In this document: in pieces, positions 1-13,978 of the stretch
Layout of the letters: each line of letters starts with the position of its first letter
How positions within the stretch are numbered: position 1 is the stretch's first letter
Source of the DNA: Pseudovirgaria hyperparasitica
Taxonomy: Eukaryota
Reading direction: 5' to 3' (one strand)
Assembly: GCA_010093815.1 (NCBI GenBank)
Contig: ML996595.1
DNA: 64,000 bases
Program-made: the position numbers and the translations under genes
The notes under the pieces: model-generated
Told to the model about the DNA's origin: nothing
Seen by the model: only the letters and a program-made list of their open reading frames with translations
Databases searched by the model: none

Positions 1-1205
1 AAGGATCTAGAATGTATAAGGAGGAATATATAAGGAACGGTCTCTCTATGTATTTAGTTCTCTCTCTATCTAGTCTTTACTTTAAGAATTATACTATATT
101 CTTATTATCTTTAAGCTATACTCCGCCGATCCGTTTATTATATAATAGTCTATTACGGCTAGATCCTATTATATAACTCTAATTAGATATATATTCCTTA
201 TATAAGGAATATTATATATCTATTTATACCTGCCCTTTTCACAATAGTAAGGTTAGTAGATTAGTATTAAGGTAATTTAGACGAGTCAATCGCTAACGTA
301 ATATATTAGTATATTTTATACTAATATAGTAGGTTTTCATCTACTTTAATACTAAGCTCTTTATTTTAAGTAAGTAAGAGGATATAGATAGTAGAGATTA
401 CTTTTTTATAGTCCTTCTAGAATTATTTATCGTTAACTAGCTATACTAGGTTCTATTATAGTAGGTATATACGCTAGCCAGCTGTTTTCTAGATAAAGTC
501 TAGTTTCGGGTTATATTTTTTAAGCTATAGTATACTAAGGATTATATTAAAGGGACTATCTACTACGATAAAGGTTAAGTAGTAGGGTTTCTACTTCCCT
601 CCGCTATCCTAGATACTATATTTAATAATATAGATACCCTATAATTTAATAGGGCTATCGATACTATAGAAGGTAGTATCTATTAGTACTTAGATATTAA
701 TATTAAGTTCTCGTGCTTATTAAGTTAATATAACGTTAGTAGCTAAGCCGCTATTAAGTATTACGGTCTAATATTATCTATAAGGGATCTTAATAGACCT
801 AGCCTATAGTTTAATATACTAGTTAGCTAGTTATCCCTCTATTTTAGTTACGCCTATAAGTTATAAGGGTTTCTTATAGATAGTTAGTTTTTTATATCGT
901 GTACTAGATAGTTAGGCACGATGTATTCTAGCTACTAGTACTTATAGTATATAACTAACTTAGTATCTATAATAATAATAATAATATTAGTAAACTAGGT
1001 AGAGTACCACTCTATAGGCGCATGCCTCCTCTAGTCTAAGCTACTATATAAGAAGAAACCTACGAATAGGAAAAACTCCCTTATATCTATAACTACGCTC
1101 TATCTATCCTCTCGTTCTTTATATATATATAGCCCTAGGGGCTACCTATAGGCCTATAGCCTATATTATAATGGTTTACCCTTAGGTAGCACGTATAGGT
1201 GCGGA

Positions 1206-1240
1206 GATTATTAGTTAAGGGCTGCCCTTAACTAATAATC
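1206..1240. repeat. 35-bp palindrome GATTATTAGTTAAGGG-CTG-CCCTTAACTAATAATC (element D)
   Basis: Perfect inverted arms; recurs at 19151-19187 and 26454-26486. Confidence 0.95.
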
Positions 1241-2792
1241 GCGGTTCTCCCAGGGTTCTTCCGACGTATACCGGGGTTCTTCTAGTATATATCGGGCTTC
1301 TTCCGGCATATATACGCGGGTCCACTAGAACTAGGGGAGAGGAAGGTATATGAGCATCCATTAGGCGACGTCCTTAGGGTACTTATTAAGCTATCGCGTG
1401 ATATCGGAGGTCCTTATTATACGGACGAGGGCTTGTCTTAGGACTTAGTATCTATATTAGTATTTAGTAGTTTCTCTAAGCGGTACTTAGGTGCTATATA
1501 GTCTATTCTACTATAGATATAGTAGGTAACTTTAGGTCGTTTATATAAATCGTTTCTCGCGTCTTAATATATTAACTAGTAGAAAGATCCGCGGTACGGG
1601 CCTCGTCTTCTTAAGTTTATAGAGTAGTAGTATCTATAAGGTGTTCCGCGCGATCTATTACTAAACTAGTTCTCTTTAGATAATTTCGTATTAGATTAGA
1701 TTAATAGAGATAGTTATACGTCTATATGGCGTTAGTTATTTATTATATACTAATATTATTCTACGAGATTCGCGAGTGCCTAAAGGTTAGTAGAGATAGA
1801 TATTATAAGGTTAATACATTCCTTTACGCTCGGGTTAAGAGACCTTTTAAAGTTATTATATTATTAAACTATATAATCTTCCTTAGCTTCTCTCTAAAGA
1901 GATTAGAGATATTTAAGAAGTTATAATAGGGATTATCTCTCCCGCTATTAAGTCTTAAAGATATAGCTCTAAGGCTATTTACGTCGCTTAGCTCTATTGC
2001 TAAAGTATTAAAGAAGAAATTTAGTAAACGTGTCCTAGTTATATACATCCTTAGGGTATTTAATTTAATATACTATCTAACGTTTAGATGGTATTAGGTC
2101 TAGGTAGTTCTATATAAATCTAATCTTATTACTATCGTTTATAGATAGGTAGAAGAATCGGCTATACTAGTAAGCCTATTTATAAAAGCTTCTTCTAGTT
2201 TTACCGTTAAAGTAAGGTAGTTTCTTAGGCTAAGGTAACTAGGATAGTAATAGACTTAGTTAGACTATTTCGGCTTAAGTTAGTCTATATTAGTATAGGT
2301 TAGTTACTACTAGAACTAAAGCGTATAGTACGGCTTTAAGTCTAGCGGTTTATTCTTATACTTTATCGAGTTCGCGAAGTTACTACTTAAGCTAAGTCTA
2401 ATACTACCTTTCCGTGTATAGCTTAGTATATACGTTATTATAAGGCGTGGTTAATATTAGTCGGTTCTAATGAATTAGTTCGTTAATATTAATAGAGTCT
2501 AGTCTTAGGGTAAGAATAGGTCTAGTATAGTATAAACTAGACCGCGATAGAGTATAATAGACTCCTTCCTTATTATCTAGGTAGTCTTCTATAGTTATAT
2601 AGAATACTATACTAGTTATTAGTATAATAGTCTATAGAGTATACTTATTAGTAGAGGTGGTTATAGGGAGACTATTCTCCTTATTTAGATTTAGAGAGAG
2701 TCTCTCGTAGAAGGTTATACTACGGGTATTATAGTATATAGTAGAAGCTATCTCTATAAGCTACTATCGTGCTATATAGGGAGGAATTAAAA

Positions 2793-3030
2793 TATAATAA
2801 GTAAAGACGTAGGATAATAGTCTAATAGTTCATAGAGGGATATAGAAATATATTTATAGAGTAGTCTTACTCTTATACGAGGTTGATTCCTAACGAGTAG
2901 GAATCGGTTTATATAGTCTACTTATATAGTAACCTTGCTTAACCTAGCTAACTTAACCTAGCTCTGGCCACTACGTAGCTACATAGATTAGAATAGTCTA
3001 TATAGATCTATTATAGTTCCCGTTCTAACA
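2793..3030 (-). repeat. 5' LTR of element D (~238 bp)
   Basis: TG start at 3030; inner end inferred from a following PBS-like TTTTAATTCCTCCC resembling that of A/B; second LTR lies outside the window. Confidence 0.55.
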
Positions 3031-3578
3031 TATATATTCTATAGTATATAGAACTATAATATATATAATATAGATAAGACTAGCTTCTAAATTAGCATTA
3101 GAGATTTATAGAAGGTAATTACTATAAAGAAGTATCTAGTTACTCTTAGTACTAAAATAAATCGCGACTATATAACGTCTATTAAATATATTTTAGTAGA
3201 TAGCTATATACTTCCTCCTTTACTTATTATAAAGGAAGTTATAGTATAAGAGAAATAGATAAGTAGAGAGATAGGCCTACTAGATAACTATAAAGTAGTC
3301 TACTCGGAAAGTAGTTATATAAATAACTAGCTAGCCCTATTATAGATTTAATACTTTAATAAATATATAAAATCTTATATACTTAGCGTCTATTAACTTA
3401 TTATACTAGATAGAGTAGTATTCTATTTAACTATTAAATTTATTAAGTACTATAATAAGAATTAAATACTTCTCTTTAGACTACTATCTTATAGTAGTTA
3501 TATATTATAGCTACTTAACGTTAACTATTTTTAGACGTATAAATACTATTATATAATAGGTATTAAGATAGCTATACG

Positions 3579-3806
3579 TGTTAGAACTTAGCTTTAGATA
3601 TAATCTAATCCGTACGTACCTTAGCTAATAGAGTTAGAAGATAGTATAAAGGGCGGTAAATAGTTACGTACTAGATAGATTGGCGTCCCTTTATATATAT
3701 ACTCTTAGATTTCTACTAAAAGGGTTTAGTAGTAATTTGTTCTATAATAGAATATACCCTATTATTCTATCTAACTATACTACTATCTAATAACCCTATT
3801 CTTATA
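3579..3806 (+). repeat. 5' LTR of element A
   Basis: TGTTAG...CTTATA(CA); reverse complement of 6596-6823 and 13751-13978. Confidence 0.95.
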
Positions 3807-6595
3807 TTTAAATTACTCTCTATATAGTACTATAGTTAAGATAGTCTAACTAGAACTAAGAAGGTTAACACGATCTACTATAGAGATAAGTAATACTATA
3901 TTAAATAATAGGGATCCTCTATAATTAGTATTAATTCTAGCTATTTCTAATTAAGAAGTAGAGATATTAGACTAAATTACGGAACTTTCTAATAAAGAAA
4001 TAGTAGATATACTAAGTAACTTCTAATAATATAAAGCTAGATAATAAGTTATGGCGGAGCTATATAAGGTATTATAATAAACTATTACTAAACTTTAGAA
4101 ATATATCGCGAATTAGGCTTAAGAGATTTAAACTCTTAAAGAGTAGATAGAACGTACGAAACTCCTTATAAAGAGATAAGAACTTAAGGAGTCTCTTAAA
4201 GAACTACGCTAAATAATAGTAGGTAGACGACTTTCTATACTAGTTTAGGCGGAATTAGTTTACCTACTATTAGAGTTATAATAATCTACTATACTCCCGG
4301 CCGCTTCGTTACTAATTTACTCTACTTCTTCCCTAGATATACTAAAATCTAAAGACCTAACTATATTTATAGAGAAGAACTAAAAGGAGTAGAAAGACTA
4401 GAAGAGAGACTATAAAAAGTACTTCCTTAATAACCCTCTACTCTTTTCTACTAAAGTATAATATATTTTATTTAGAGAATAATATCTAGACTTATAATTC
4501 CGCGATTAATAGAATAGATAGAAGGAAGTATAGCTACTATCTACGATAACCTAGGAATATTTAGCTATATTTATATTAAATACCCTCGAAATAGATAGAG
4601 AACGTAAAAGAAAGATACTATCTAAGTTAAGAAGCGTAGTATAACGACTAAAATAGATATCTACTTAACTACTATAATACCTCTAAAACCTATAGAATAA
4701 TATCCCTATACTATAGGAAAATATTTATATATTCTAGTTTCGCGAAGTACTACTTCCGTTAATCTATAAAAGACTAGAAATAGTATTATTAAGTTTTAAC
4801 TATCTATATAAATTAGAGAAGAAAGCTAATAAATACTACTATATCCTTAAGGAACGCGGCTCTCTAGGTAAAACCGACGAACCCTATACGGGTTAGAAAT
4901 AAGGTTAATTAAATATATTCGATTAAGAGTAACCTTACTATAATTAGTACTAGAAGAGCGTAAATTAGAGTAGAAACGCGTTAAGAGGATACTAAAATAA
5001 TTAAGGCGGTACTTCTTAACGTAGAAAAGGATAAGATATAGACTTAAATATAACGTCTATTATAAAATAGTAGAATTATAGTATACTTCGTTACTATAAG
5101 TATAGAGAAATAGAATATATTTTACCTAACTATAAGAATCTAAAAAAAGAGTAGACTAGTATACGAGACCTAACTATATTCTTAGCTAAATTATATATAC
5201 TTAGGAGGAGCTATAGCGCCTTCTAGTAAGTAAAGACCTAATATTACTAAAAGTATTATTATCTATAGTAAATAGTAATAAAACTATATAGGCCCTTATA
5301 GATACTAGTATAGAAGATAACTATATTTTATTAATTCTTATAAAGGAGTATAGACTATTATACGATCTTAGTAAAGTTAGCTAAACTATTATAGTTAATA
5401 GATATAAAGTTAGAACTTTAGGTAAAGCTATAATAAATTATAAAGTTCATGACTTAAAGATAATAAAATAGTAGATATCTAATAAATTTATTATAGCTAA
5501 TATTAGCTAATAGAATATAATTCTAGGGATACCTTAGCTTAGACGTCTAAACCCTATTCTTAATTTTTAGAAGGAGATATTAACGTTCTAATAATACTAT
5601 AGTAAATTATACTAGTAAGTCGTAACTATTAGTAAGGAGGCATAGAACCTTACTATACGGACCCGATCGTCGTCGATCTATCTTATATTCTTATTAATTA
5701 TTAATAAAGATAAGGATAATAGTAATAATCAGGGCGAAGACACGCTACCTAACGTATATTCATAGTATACGGATATATTTTTAGTAGAAGATATATTACT
5801 TCTCTCTAATTATAGACTATATAAGCTAAAGATTAAGCTTAAAGAGGGAGTAGACGTCTCTTATAGTCTACTTTACCTACTTTTAAGACTAGAACTTAAA
5901 GTTCTTTATAAATATATTAAAGAATACCTTAGAAGAGACTAGATACGTTATAGTATATTATTAGCTAGTATATCTATTCTCTTTATAAAGAAGAAAGATA
6001 GAAGTTTATATCTATATATTAACTATTAGATACTAAATATAGTAACTAAGAAGAATCGTTATCTATTACTACTAGTTAGTAAATCTTTAGACTAATTAAT
6101 AAAGGTAAAGTACTTTACGAAGCTAGATTTACGAGATATATATTACTAGCTTTAAATTCGTTATAGAGATAAGTAGAAAACTATATTTTAGACTAGATAT
6201 AGTTATTTTAAGTATACTATCATACCGTTTAGGCTAATAAATATACTAGGAGTATTTTAAGAATATATTAATACTATACTTATAGAATTACTTAACGTGA
6301 TTTACGTAGTTTATCTTAATAATATACTAATTTACTCTAATAGTATATAGAATTATAAAGAATATATAAAATTAGTACTAAATTATCTAAGATAGTATAA
6401 ACTCTATATAAAATTATCTAAATATAAATTTTACTAATAAGAAGTTAGGTTTCTTAGCTTTATTATAATATATAGCGGTCTAAAAATGGAGCTAGACCGT
6501 GTAAAGACTATTATAGAATAGCTAGAACCTACTACTATATATTAAATTAGAATATTTATAGATTTTATAAACTATTATCGTAAATTTATTATACG

Positions 6596-6823
6596 TGTAA
6601 GAATAGGGTTATTAGATAGTAGTATAGTTAGATGGAACAATAGGGTGTATTCTATTATAGAACGAATTACTACCGAACCCTTTCGGTAGGAATCCGAGAG
6701 TATATACATAAAGGGACGCCGATCTATCTAGCACGTGACTATTTACCGCCCTTTACGTTACCTCCTAACCCTATTAGCTAAGGTACGTATAGGTCGGGTC
6801 CTACCTAAGGCTAAGTCCTAATA
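6596..6823 (-). repeat. 3' LTR of element B
   Basis: Direct repeat of 13751-13978; preceded on the minus strand by a polypurine tract at ~6825-6841. Confidence 0.96.
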
Positions 6824-7394
6824 ATTATCCCTTCCCTCTAGGAAGCTACCCTTAGCGACCTAGATTATTATCTATCTCTATATCCCCATCCTAAGTCTTA
6901 TAAGACCTTAGTCGTTCTCTACGCTTCGTCTTAGATACTTACCGATATTCGCTAATCTAAGATTTATATAAGCGTTTTTCTAATAAACTAGATTTTATCT
7001 ATCTTAACTTCTTATATAGGTGAGATTACCTAATTAGGCCTAGCGTATCACGTAATATAATTAGATAAGCCCGGGTACTACCTATATTAAAATCTTTTCT
7101 TAGAAATATTCCTTTCTTTAAAAAACTTCTTAACTCTTTATAGAGTTTTTTAGATTATTAGGTATATTACCCGATCCTTATAGATATAGATTTATATAGA
7201 TTTACTATAATTTAGTACGATTTACATAATTTACTAATTTTTATACCGTCCTTAGCTAGTAATAACATAATTCGTAATAATCTATATAAATTAATAATAA
7301 TCTTAATATAGTTTCCTGAAATCTCGACGCTCTAAAGTAATTAGCGCGGAAACAGGCGCCTTCGAATAATCTCTATCTCGTATACGTTACTAAT

Positions 7395-8289
7395 ATGTCG
7401 AAAGCTATTAATCTACCCTAACCTAGGCCGGGCTCTAATAATCTAGCTATATATTATTATAGTTATCGCTTTCCGTTATATATTACTCACGGTAGTACTA
7501 AATCTATAATATACGGTACTTATATAACTAAGAAGCGTTATTACTTATAGGTATTTAAGTAAGTTCAAAGAACTTTATATAGATTTACTTATATTAGTAT
7601 AGATTACTACTAGACCTCTAGTAACCCCTACTAATAAGGAGCGTGGTACTACTAATCGTAATACCTTAGAGAAGGCTTTCTATAAGCTATATATCTAAGG
7701 TAAGGGTTACGCCTAGGAGTACGATTCTAATAAGATCCGTAAGGATTTATCGGAATCTACTATAGCTATTATTACCGCGATTACTAGGTAATATCGTTTT
7801 TCTTAAATTATTATAGATTCTTACTAATATATATTAATCTCTATAATAGTACTAAAATCTCTACTACTTCGGACTTCTTTCTATATACTAGTAATATTAA
7901 AATTCCTAGAAAAGGTTCTAGTAAAAAGGCTAAGGTTCCTTTCTTACGTATACTAAAGAGCCGTAAATTTAGGGAAGATAGCTCTAATCTAGAAGTTTCT
8001 ATACTAAAGGTATATAGTTCTATACCGATCGTTAAATCTTTTTACTAATTTATATAATTCTTAGCGTGCCCGCGCTAGTCCATCCCTCTCCATCCCAGGT
8101 CCCGCCACTCCATAGATTTCTATAGAAGAGTTTATAGCTATAAGGCGCGCTATATAGAATTTATAGCGTCAGAACGAAAGGCTAGAGACTTATATTATAA
8201 AGCTCTATACTATACTAAATAAGAACTAGCGGAAGGAATTAGATGTAACTATCGCGGTAATTAGTACTTCTACTCCTACTCCGACTTAA
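7395..8289 (+). pseudogene. RIP-damaged 4-exon antisense accessory gene of element B (~241 aa; Cys cluster, C-terminal coiled coil)
   Basis: ATG 7395; exons 7395-7550, 7603-7787, 7850-8009, 8065-8289; three GT..AG introns of 52, 62 and 55 bp, two with TACTAAT branch-like motifs; intron phases 0/2/0 keep one frame whose internal stops are all RIP-type. Confidence 0.72.
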
Positions 8290-11200
8290 TTAGTTTAGAT
8301 CTATACTAATCGGTACTAATATATCTCTTTTATCTAGCGTTTTTAGTTTTTCGGTTTTAATTTTAAAGCGATCTTACGTCTTCTAGATAGATTAGTACGA
8401 GTTTATATAGATCTATATAGATCTTTATATTTTCTTTTAGCTTTCTTAATTTCATCTTTCTTTAATAATAACTTCTTTAATCTCTTTAGTAATCTATACT
8501 AATCTATACCGATCGGCACCGATTTCTAATGTCTATTTCTCTTAGTAAATCATTTTTCTAAGTCTCTTTTTTAGTTAAATTTTTAAAGTTCTAAGTTTAA
8601 ACTTTCTAAGGAAGTTCCTTAATTCCTTAGAATGTTTTAAAGATCTATATCTCTTTTATCTTCTTCCTTTTAGGCGGCCGTTCTCGGCGCCGAACTATAC
8701 TAAAAAACGTCGAATTACCGTACTTTAGTATAATTCTCTACGATTCCGCGGCTTCCTTTACTAATTACTACTTATATACTAATATTACTACTTTACTAAT
8801 GTTTATTATAGGTTCCTAAGTGTCTTCGTTAGGATTATATCCTTTCTAATAAATCTTATATAGCCACGTGCCATCTTCGGCGCGTTACTAGCTAAGTATC
8901 TACTTAACTTCGTAGATATCTATACCTTCTTACGTAACTACTTTATATAGTATCTATTCGGAACGATCCGGTAATAATAAGGCATAAAATAGCTTAAGAA
9001 GCGTAATATAGAATATATTATATATCTTTAATATAGGAGGGAGTTATAACTCGTACGCCTGGTTATTAATTACATAAGTAATCTTATATAGACCTATTAT
9101 CGTATAGTTAAGCTTCTTCTTTGGCCTAATACTATGAATATTCTTGCTATTTAGTAAAACTTTATCCCTAACATTAAAGATTATAGGTTTTCTACCCTTA
9201 TTATAGTGCGATTTACTATAATTTATAGTATCTTATAGTAACTTTATAACGCTTCTTTGCGTTTAGAATAGTTCTATAGTAATTTCTATTACTTTAACGT
9301 TAGGTTATTCTACTTTAAACTAAGTCTCTAAGAACTACGTATTATGGTTCCGACCGAAGTTTACTTTGAACGGACTTACGTAGGTTAATACATGTCGGCT
9401 ATTATTATACGTGAATTCCGCGACATAGACTAACCTTACCTAGTTATTCTACTTATAGTTATAATATACGCGTAAATACACCTCGACTATCTAATTCTAC
9501 CGCTCCGTCTACCTATCTATTTATAGATAGAATATAGTACTAAGTTTCCGCTTAATTTCTAGCGTATAGTAGAAATCCTTCTAAAATTTAGACGTTATCT
9601 ACAGACCTCTATCCGAAACTATACTATTTAGTATACTATAGAGCCGGACTACGTCACGGAGTAGTATATCTATAAGATCCGGTGCTTAGATCGTCTTCCT
9701 TATAGGGATATAGTATAATATCTTTATAAATCTATCTAGAACTACGAGTAAACTATTATAAATATATCTAGAATACTTACTTAGGGGTAGATCTATAATG
9801 AAATCCATCGATAATTCCTTCTATACCTTCTTTAGCATAGGTAATGGCCTTAATTCGCTATATAGTAAGTGTCTATATACTTTCGTATACTAGTAAACGT
9901 TATACGTTTTTATGTAGTCTTTTATATATTTATAAAGACCCGGCTAGTCGTACGTCCTTCGGATTAAATTAACCGTCCTTATAATGCTAAAGTACTCTAC
10001 TAACGCGTAATTATACTATTCCCTTAAAATATCGATTCGTAAGCCGCCTTCTAGCATGTAGAGTCGGCCTTAGAAGTAGATCGCGTCTAATTATCGTTTC
10101 TACCTTAATAACCACGGCGGATCTATAGCGCTTCCTTTTATACTTATAACTTTCTTTACTAATATATCGGAATTCTAGATAGATTTAATTAAGTCTTTAA
10201 GGGTTTTCTTAGTTTCTTAGATATTTATTTAGATTACTTAATACCCGCTCTAATTCCCGCGGAGAATCGCCGAAAGTGTCCTAGCTTCTAGTATTCTATT
10301 AGATAACTAGTCTTATAGTATCTAAAGTATAGTATAGTCTAAATTACACCGACTATCTACGTTATTCTATAACGATTTCTTATAATCTTCACGCCGCGAT
10401 AGAGGATTAGCTTTATTCTCTCTTCTAGCTTTATATAAGATTTTAAAGTTAAATATTCATATCCACTTAGCCTAACGTACTTATTAGCGATTAAGGACCT
10501 TAGTTAATATAAAGTAACGTAGATTTATATAATCTAATAATAATTCAATCTAATATGTAGAGTCTTCTAAATAATATCGTTATTACTTAAAACTCTTAAT
10601 AATTACGAGTAGTTCCTAGTCGTACGTGTTATAACGCGTCTCTATATCCGCCATTTTACGGGAAAAGAAAGTAACCGGGTGCTATTATACCTTGTCTTTC
10701 GTATCTTTATACGGTTAACTAATAATTCTAGTAATTATAAATTCTAACGCGTTAGTTTCGACCCGAATATACTTCTTAGAATTAAAATACCTAAGAATCG
10801 ACGTAGTTATAAAGTAATTCTTTAATGATCGGAACGTATCTCGCGCTTCCGGCGTTAACTATATCTTAACCGACTTAGCTTTACGCTATGCTCGCCCACC
10901 TATAGAGATTTTACCGCCATTCTCTATAAGTTTATTAAGTAGCGCTATAATTCGTAAGAAGCCTATAATGAATTTACGATAATAGTTTATGAAACCTATA
11001 AATATTCTAATTTAACGTATAGTAGTAGGTTCTAGCCATTCTATGATAGTCTTTACACGCTCCGGCTCTATTTTTAGGCCGCTATATGTTATAATAAAGC
11101 CGAGAAACCTAACTTCTTATTAGTGAAACTTATATTTAGATAATTTTATATAGAGTTTATACTACCTTAGACGATTTAGTACCAATTTCACGTATTCTTT

Positions 11201-13750
11201 ATAATCCTATATGCTATCGGAGTAAATTAGTATATTATTAAGATAAACTACGTAAATTACGTTAAGTAATCCTACGAGTATAGTATTAATATATCCTTAA
11301 AACGCTCCTGGCGTATTTATTAGCCCGAATGGTATAATAGTATACTTAAAATGACTATATCTAGTCCGAAATGCGGTTTTCTACTTATCTCCGCGACGAA
11401 TTTAAAGCCGGTAATATATATCTCGTAAATCTAGCTTCGTAAAGTACTTTACCTTTATTAATTAGTCTAAAGATTTACTAACTAGCGGTAATAGATGACG
11501 ATTCTTCTTAGTTACTATATTTAGTACCTAATAGTTAACGCATAGACGTAAACTTCCGTCTTTCTTCTTTACGAAGAGAATAGATACGCTAGCCGATGAC
11601 GTACTACGACGTATCTAGCCTCTTTTAAGGTATTCTTTAATATATTTACGAAGAACTTTAAGTTCTAGTCTTAAAAGTAGATAAAGTAGGCTATAAGGGA
11701 CGTCTACTCCCTCTTCGAGCTCGATCTTTAGCTTATACGGCCTGTGATTAGGGAGAAGTAACGTATCTTCTACCGAAAATATATCTATATACTATGAATA
11801 TACGTCGGGTAGCGTGTCTTCGCCCCGATTATTACTATCGTTCTTGTCTTTATTAATAATTAATAAGAATATAAGATAGATTAGCGACGATCGGGTCCGC
11901 ACGGCGAGGTTCCATGCCTCCTTACTAATAGTTATAACTTACTAGTATAATTTACCACGGTATTGTCGGAACGTTAATATCTCCTTCTAAAAATTAAGGA
12001 TAGGGTTTAGGCGTCTAAGCTAAGGCATCCCTAGAATTATATTCTATTAGCTAATATTAGCTATAATAAATTTATTAGACATCTACTATTTTATTATCTT
12101 TAAGTTATAAACTTCGTAATTCGTTATAGCTTTACCTAAAGTTCTAACTTCATGTCCATTAACTATAATAGTTCGGCTAACTTTACCAAGATCGTATAAT
12201 AATCTATACTCCTTTATAAGAATCGATGAAATATAGTTATCTTCTATACTAGTATCTACGAGGGCCTATATAGTTTTATTACTATTTACTATAGGTAACG
12301 ATACTTTTAGTAATATTAGGTCTTTACTCGCCGGAAGGCGCTACGGCTCCTCCTAAGTATATATAATTTAGCTAAGGACGCGGTTAGGTCTCGTATACTA
12401 GCCTATTCTTTTTTCGGATTCTTATAGTTAGGTAAAATATATTCTATTTCTCTATACTTATAGTAACGAAGTGTACTATAATCCTACTATTTTACGATAG
12501 GCGTTATATTTAAGCCTATACCTTATCCTTTTCTATGTTAAGAAGTACCGCCTTAATTATTTCGGTGTCCTCTTAACGCGTTTCTACCCTAATTTACGCT
12601 CTTCTAGCGCTAATCGCGGTAAGGTTACTCTTAATTAAACGTATTTAATCGACCTCGTTTCTAACCCGTATAGGGTTCGTCGGTTTTACCTAGAGAGCCG
12701 CGTTCCTTAAGGATATGGTAGTATTTATTAGCTTTCTCCTCTAATTCGTATAGATAGTTAAAACTTAATAATACTATTCCTAGTCTTTCGCGGATTAACG
12801 GAAGTAGTACTTTATAAAACTAGAATATACGAATATTTTCCTATAGCGTAGGGATATTATCCTATAGGTTTTAGAGGTATTATAGTAGTTAAGTAGATGT
12901 CTAGTTCGGTCGTTATGCCACGCTTCTTAACTTAGATAGTACCTTTCTTTCACGTTCTCTATCCGTTCCGAGGGTATTTAGTATAAATATAGCTAAATGT
13001 TCCTAGGTTATCGTAGATAGTAGCTATACTTCCTTCTATCTATCCTATTAATCACGGGATTATAAGTCTAGGTATCGTTCTCTAAACGAAATGCGTTATA
13101 CTTTAGTAGAAAAGAGTAGAGGGTTATTAAGGAAGTACTTTTCGTAGTCTCTCTTCTAGTCTTTCTACTCCTTTTAGTTCTTCCCTATAAATATAGTCGG
13201 GTCTTTAGATTTTAGTATACCTAGGGAAGAAGTAGGGTAAATCGGTAACGAAGCGGCCGGGTATACGGTAGATTATTATAACTCTAATAGTAGGTAAACT
13301 AATTCCGCCTGAATTAGTATAGGAAGTCGTCCACCTACTATCGTTCGGCGTAGTTCTTAAAGAGACTCCTTAAGTTCTCGTCTCTTTACGAGGAGTTTCG
13401 CGCGTTCTATCTATTCTTTAAGGGTTTAAATCTCTCGAGCCTAATTCGCGACGTATTCCTAAAGTTTAGTAATGGTTTATTATAACACCTCGCGTAGCTC
13501 CGCCACGACTCGTTATCTAGCTTTATATTATTAGAAGTTACTCGGCGTATCTACTATTTCTTCGTCTAAAAGCTCCGTGATTCGGTCTAATATTTCTACT
13601 TCTTAGTTAGAAACGGCCGGGATTAATACCGATTATAGAGGATCCCTATTATTTAATATAGTATTACTTATCCCTATAGTAGATCGTGTCGACCTTCTCG
13701 GTTCTAGTTAGACTATCTTAACTATAGTACTATATAGGGAGTAATTCGAA

Positions 13751-13978
13751 TATAAGAATAGGGTTATTAGATAGTAGTATAGTTAGATAGAATAATAGGG
13801 TATATTCTATTATAGAACGAATTACTACCGAACCCTTTCGGTAGGAATCCGAGAGTATATACATAAAGGGACGCCGATCTATCTAGTACGTAACTATTTA
13901 CCGCCCTTCACGTCACCTCCTAACCCTGTTAGCTAAGGTATATATAGGTCGGGTCCTACCTAAGGCTAAGTCCTAATA
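13751..13978 (-). repeat. 5' LTR of element B
   Basis: Direct repeat of 6596-6823. Confidence 0.96.

Larger units (their letters stand above)
1..3030 (-). mobile_element. Ty3/Gypsy LTR retrotransposon D (5' part: LTR, gag, protease), RIP-inactivated, truncated by window start
   Basis: Minus-strand terminus TGTTAGAAC at 3030 directly abuts pogo transposase sequence; de-RIPped gag-like peptide (PPYFDGK...WDTFTEFLLQHF...QQREGQSPSQLLEYLQSLW) at ~2600-1800; protease LDSG at 758-747 and ILGMPWL..HNP.LDF at ~545-495. Confidence 0.75.
6596..13978 (-). mobile_element. Chromovirus element B (same family as A), full length 7383 bp, inserted inverted into the RT/RNaseH region of A
   Basis: 228-bp LTRs at 6596-6823 and 13751-13978; perfect TSD ATACG at 6591-6595 and 13979-13983; interior is the reverse complement of A; gag-pol on minus ~13690-8720; less mutated than A. 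Confidence 0.97.
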
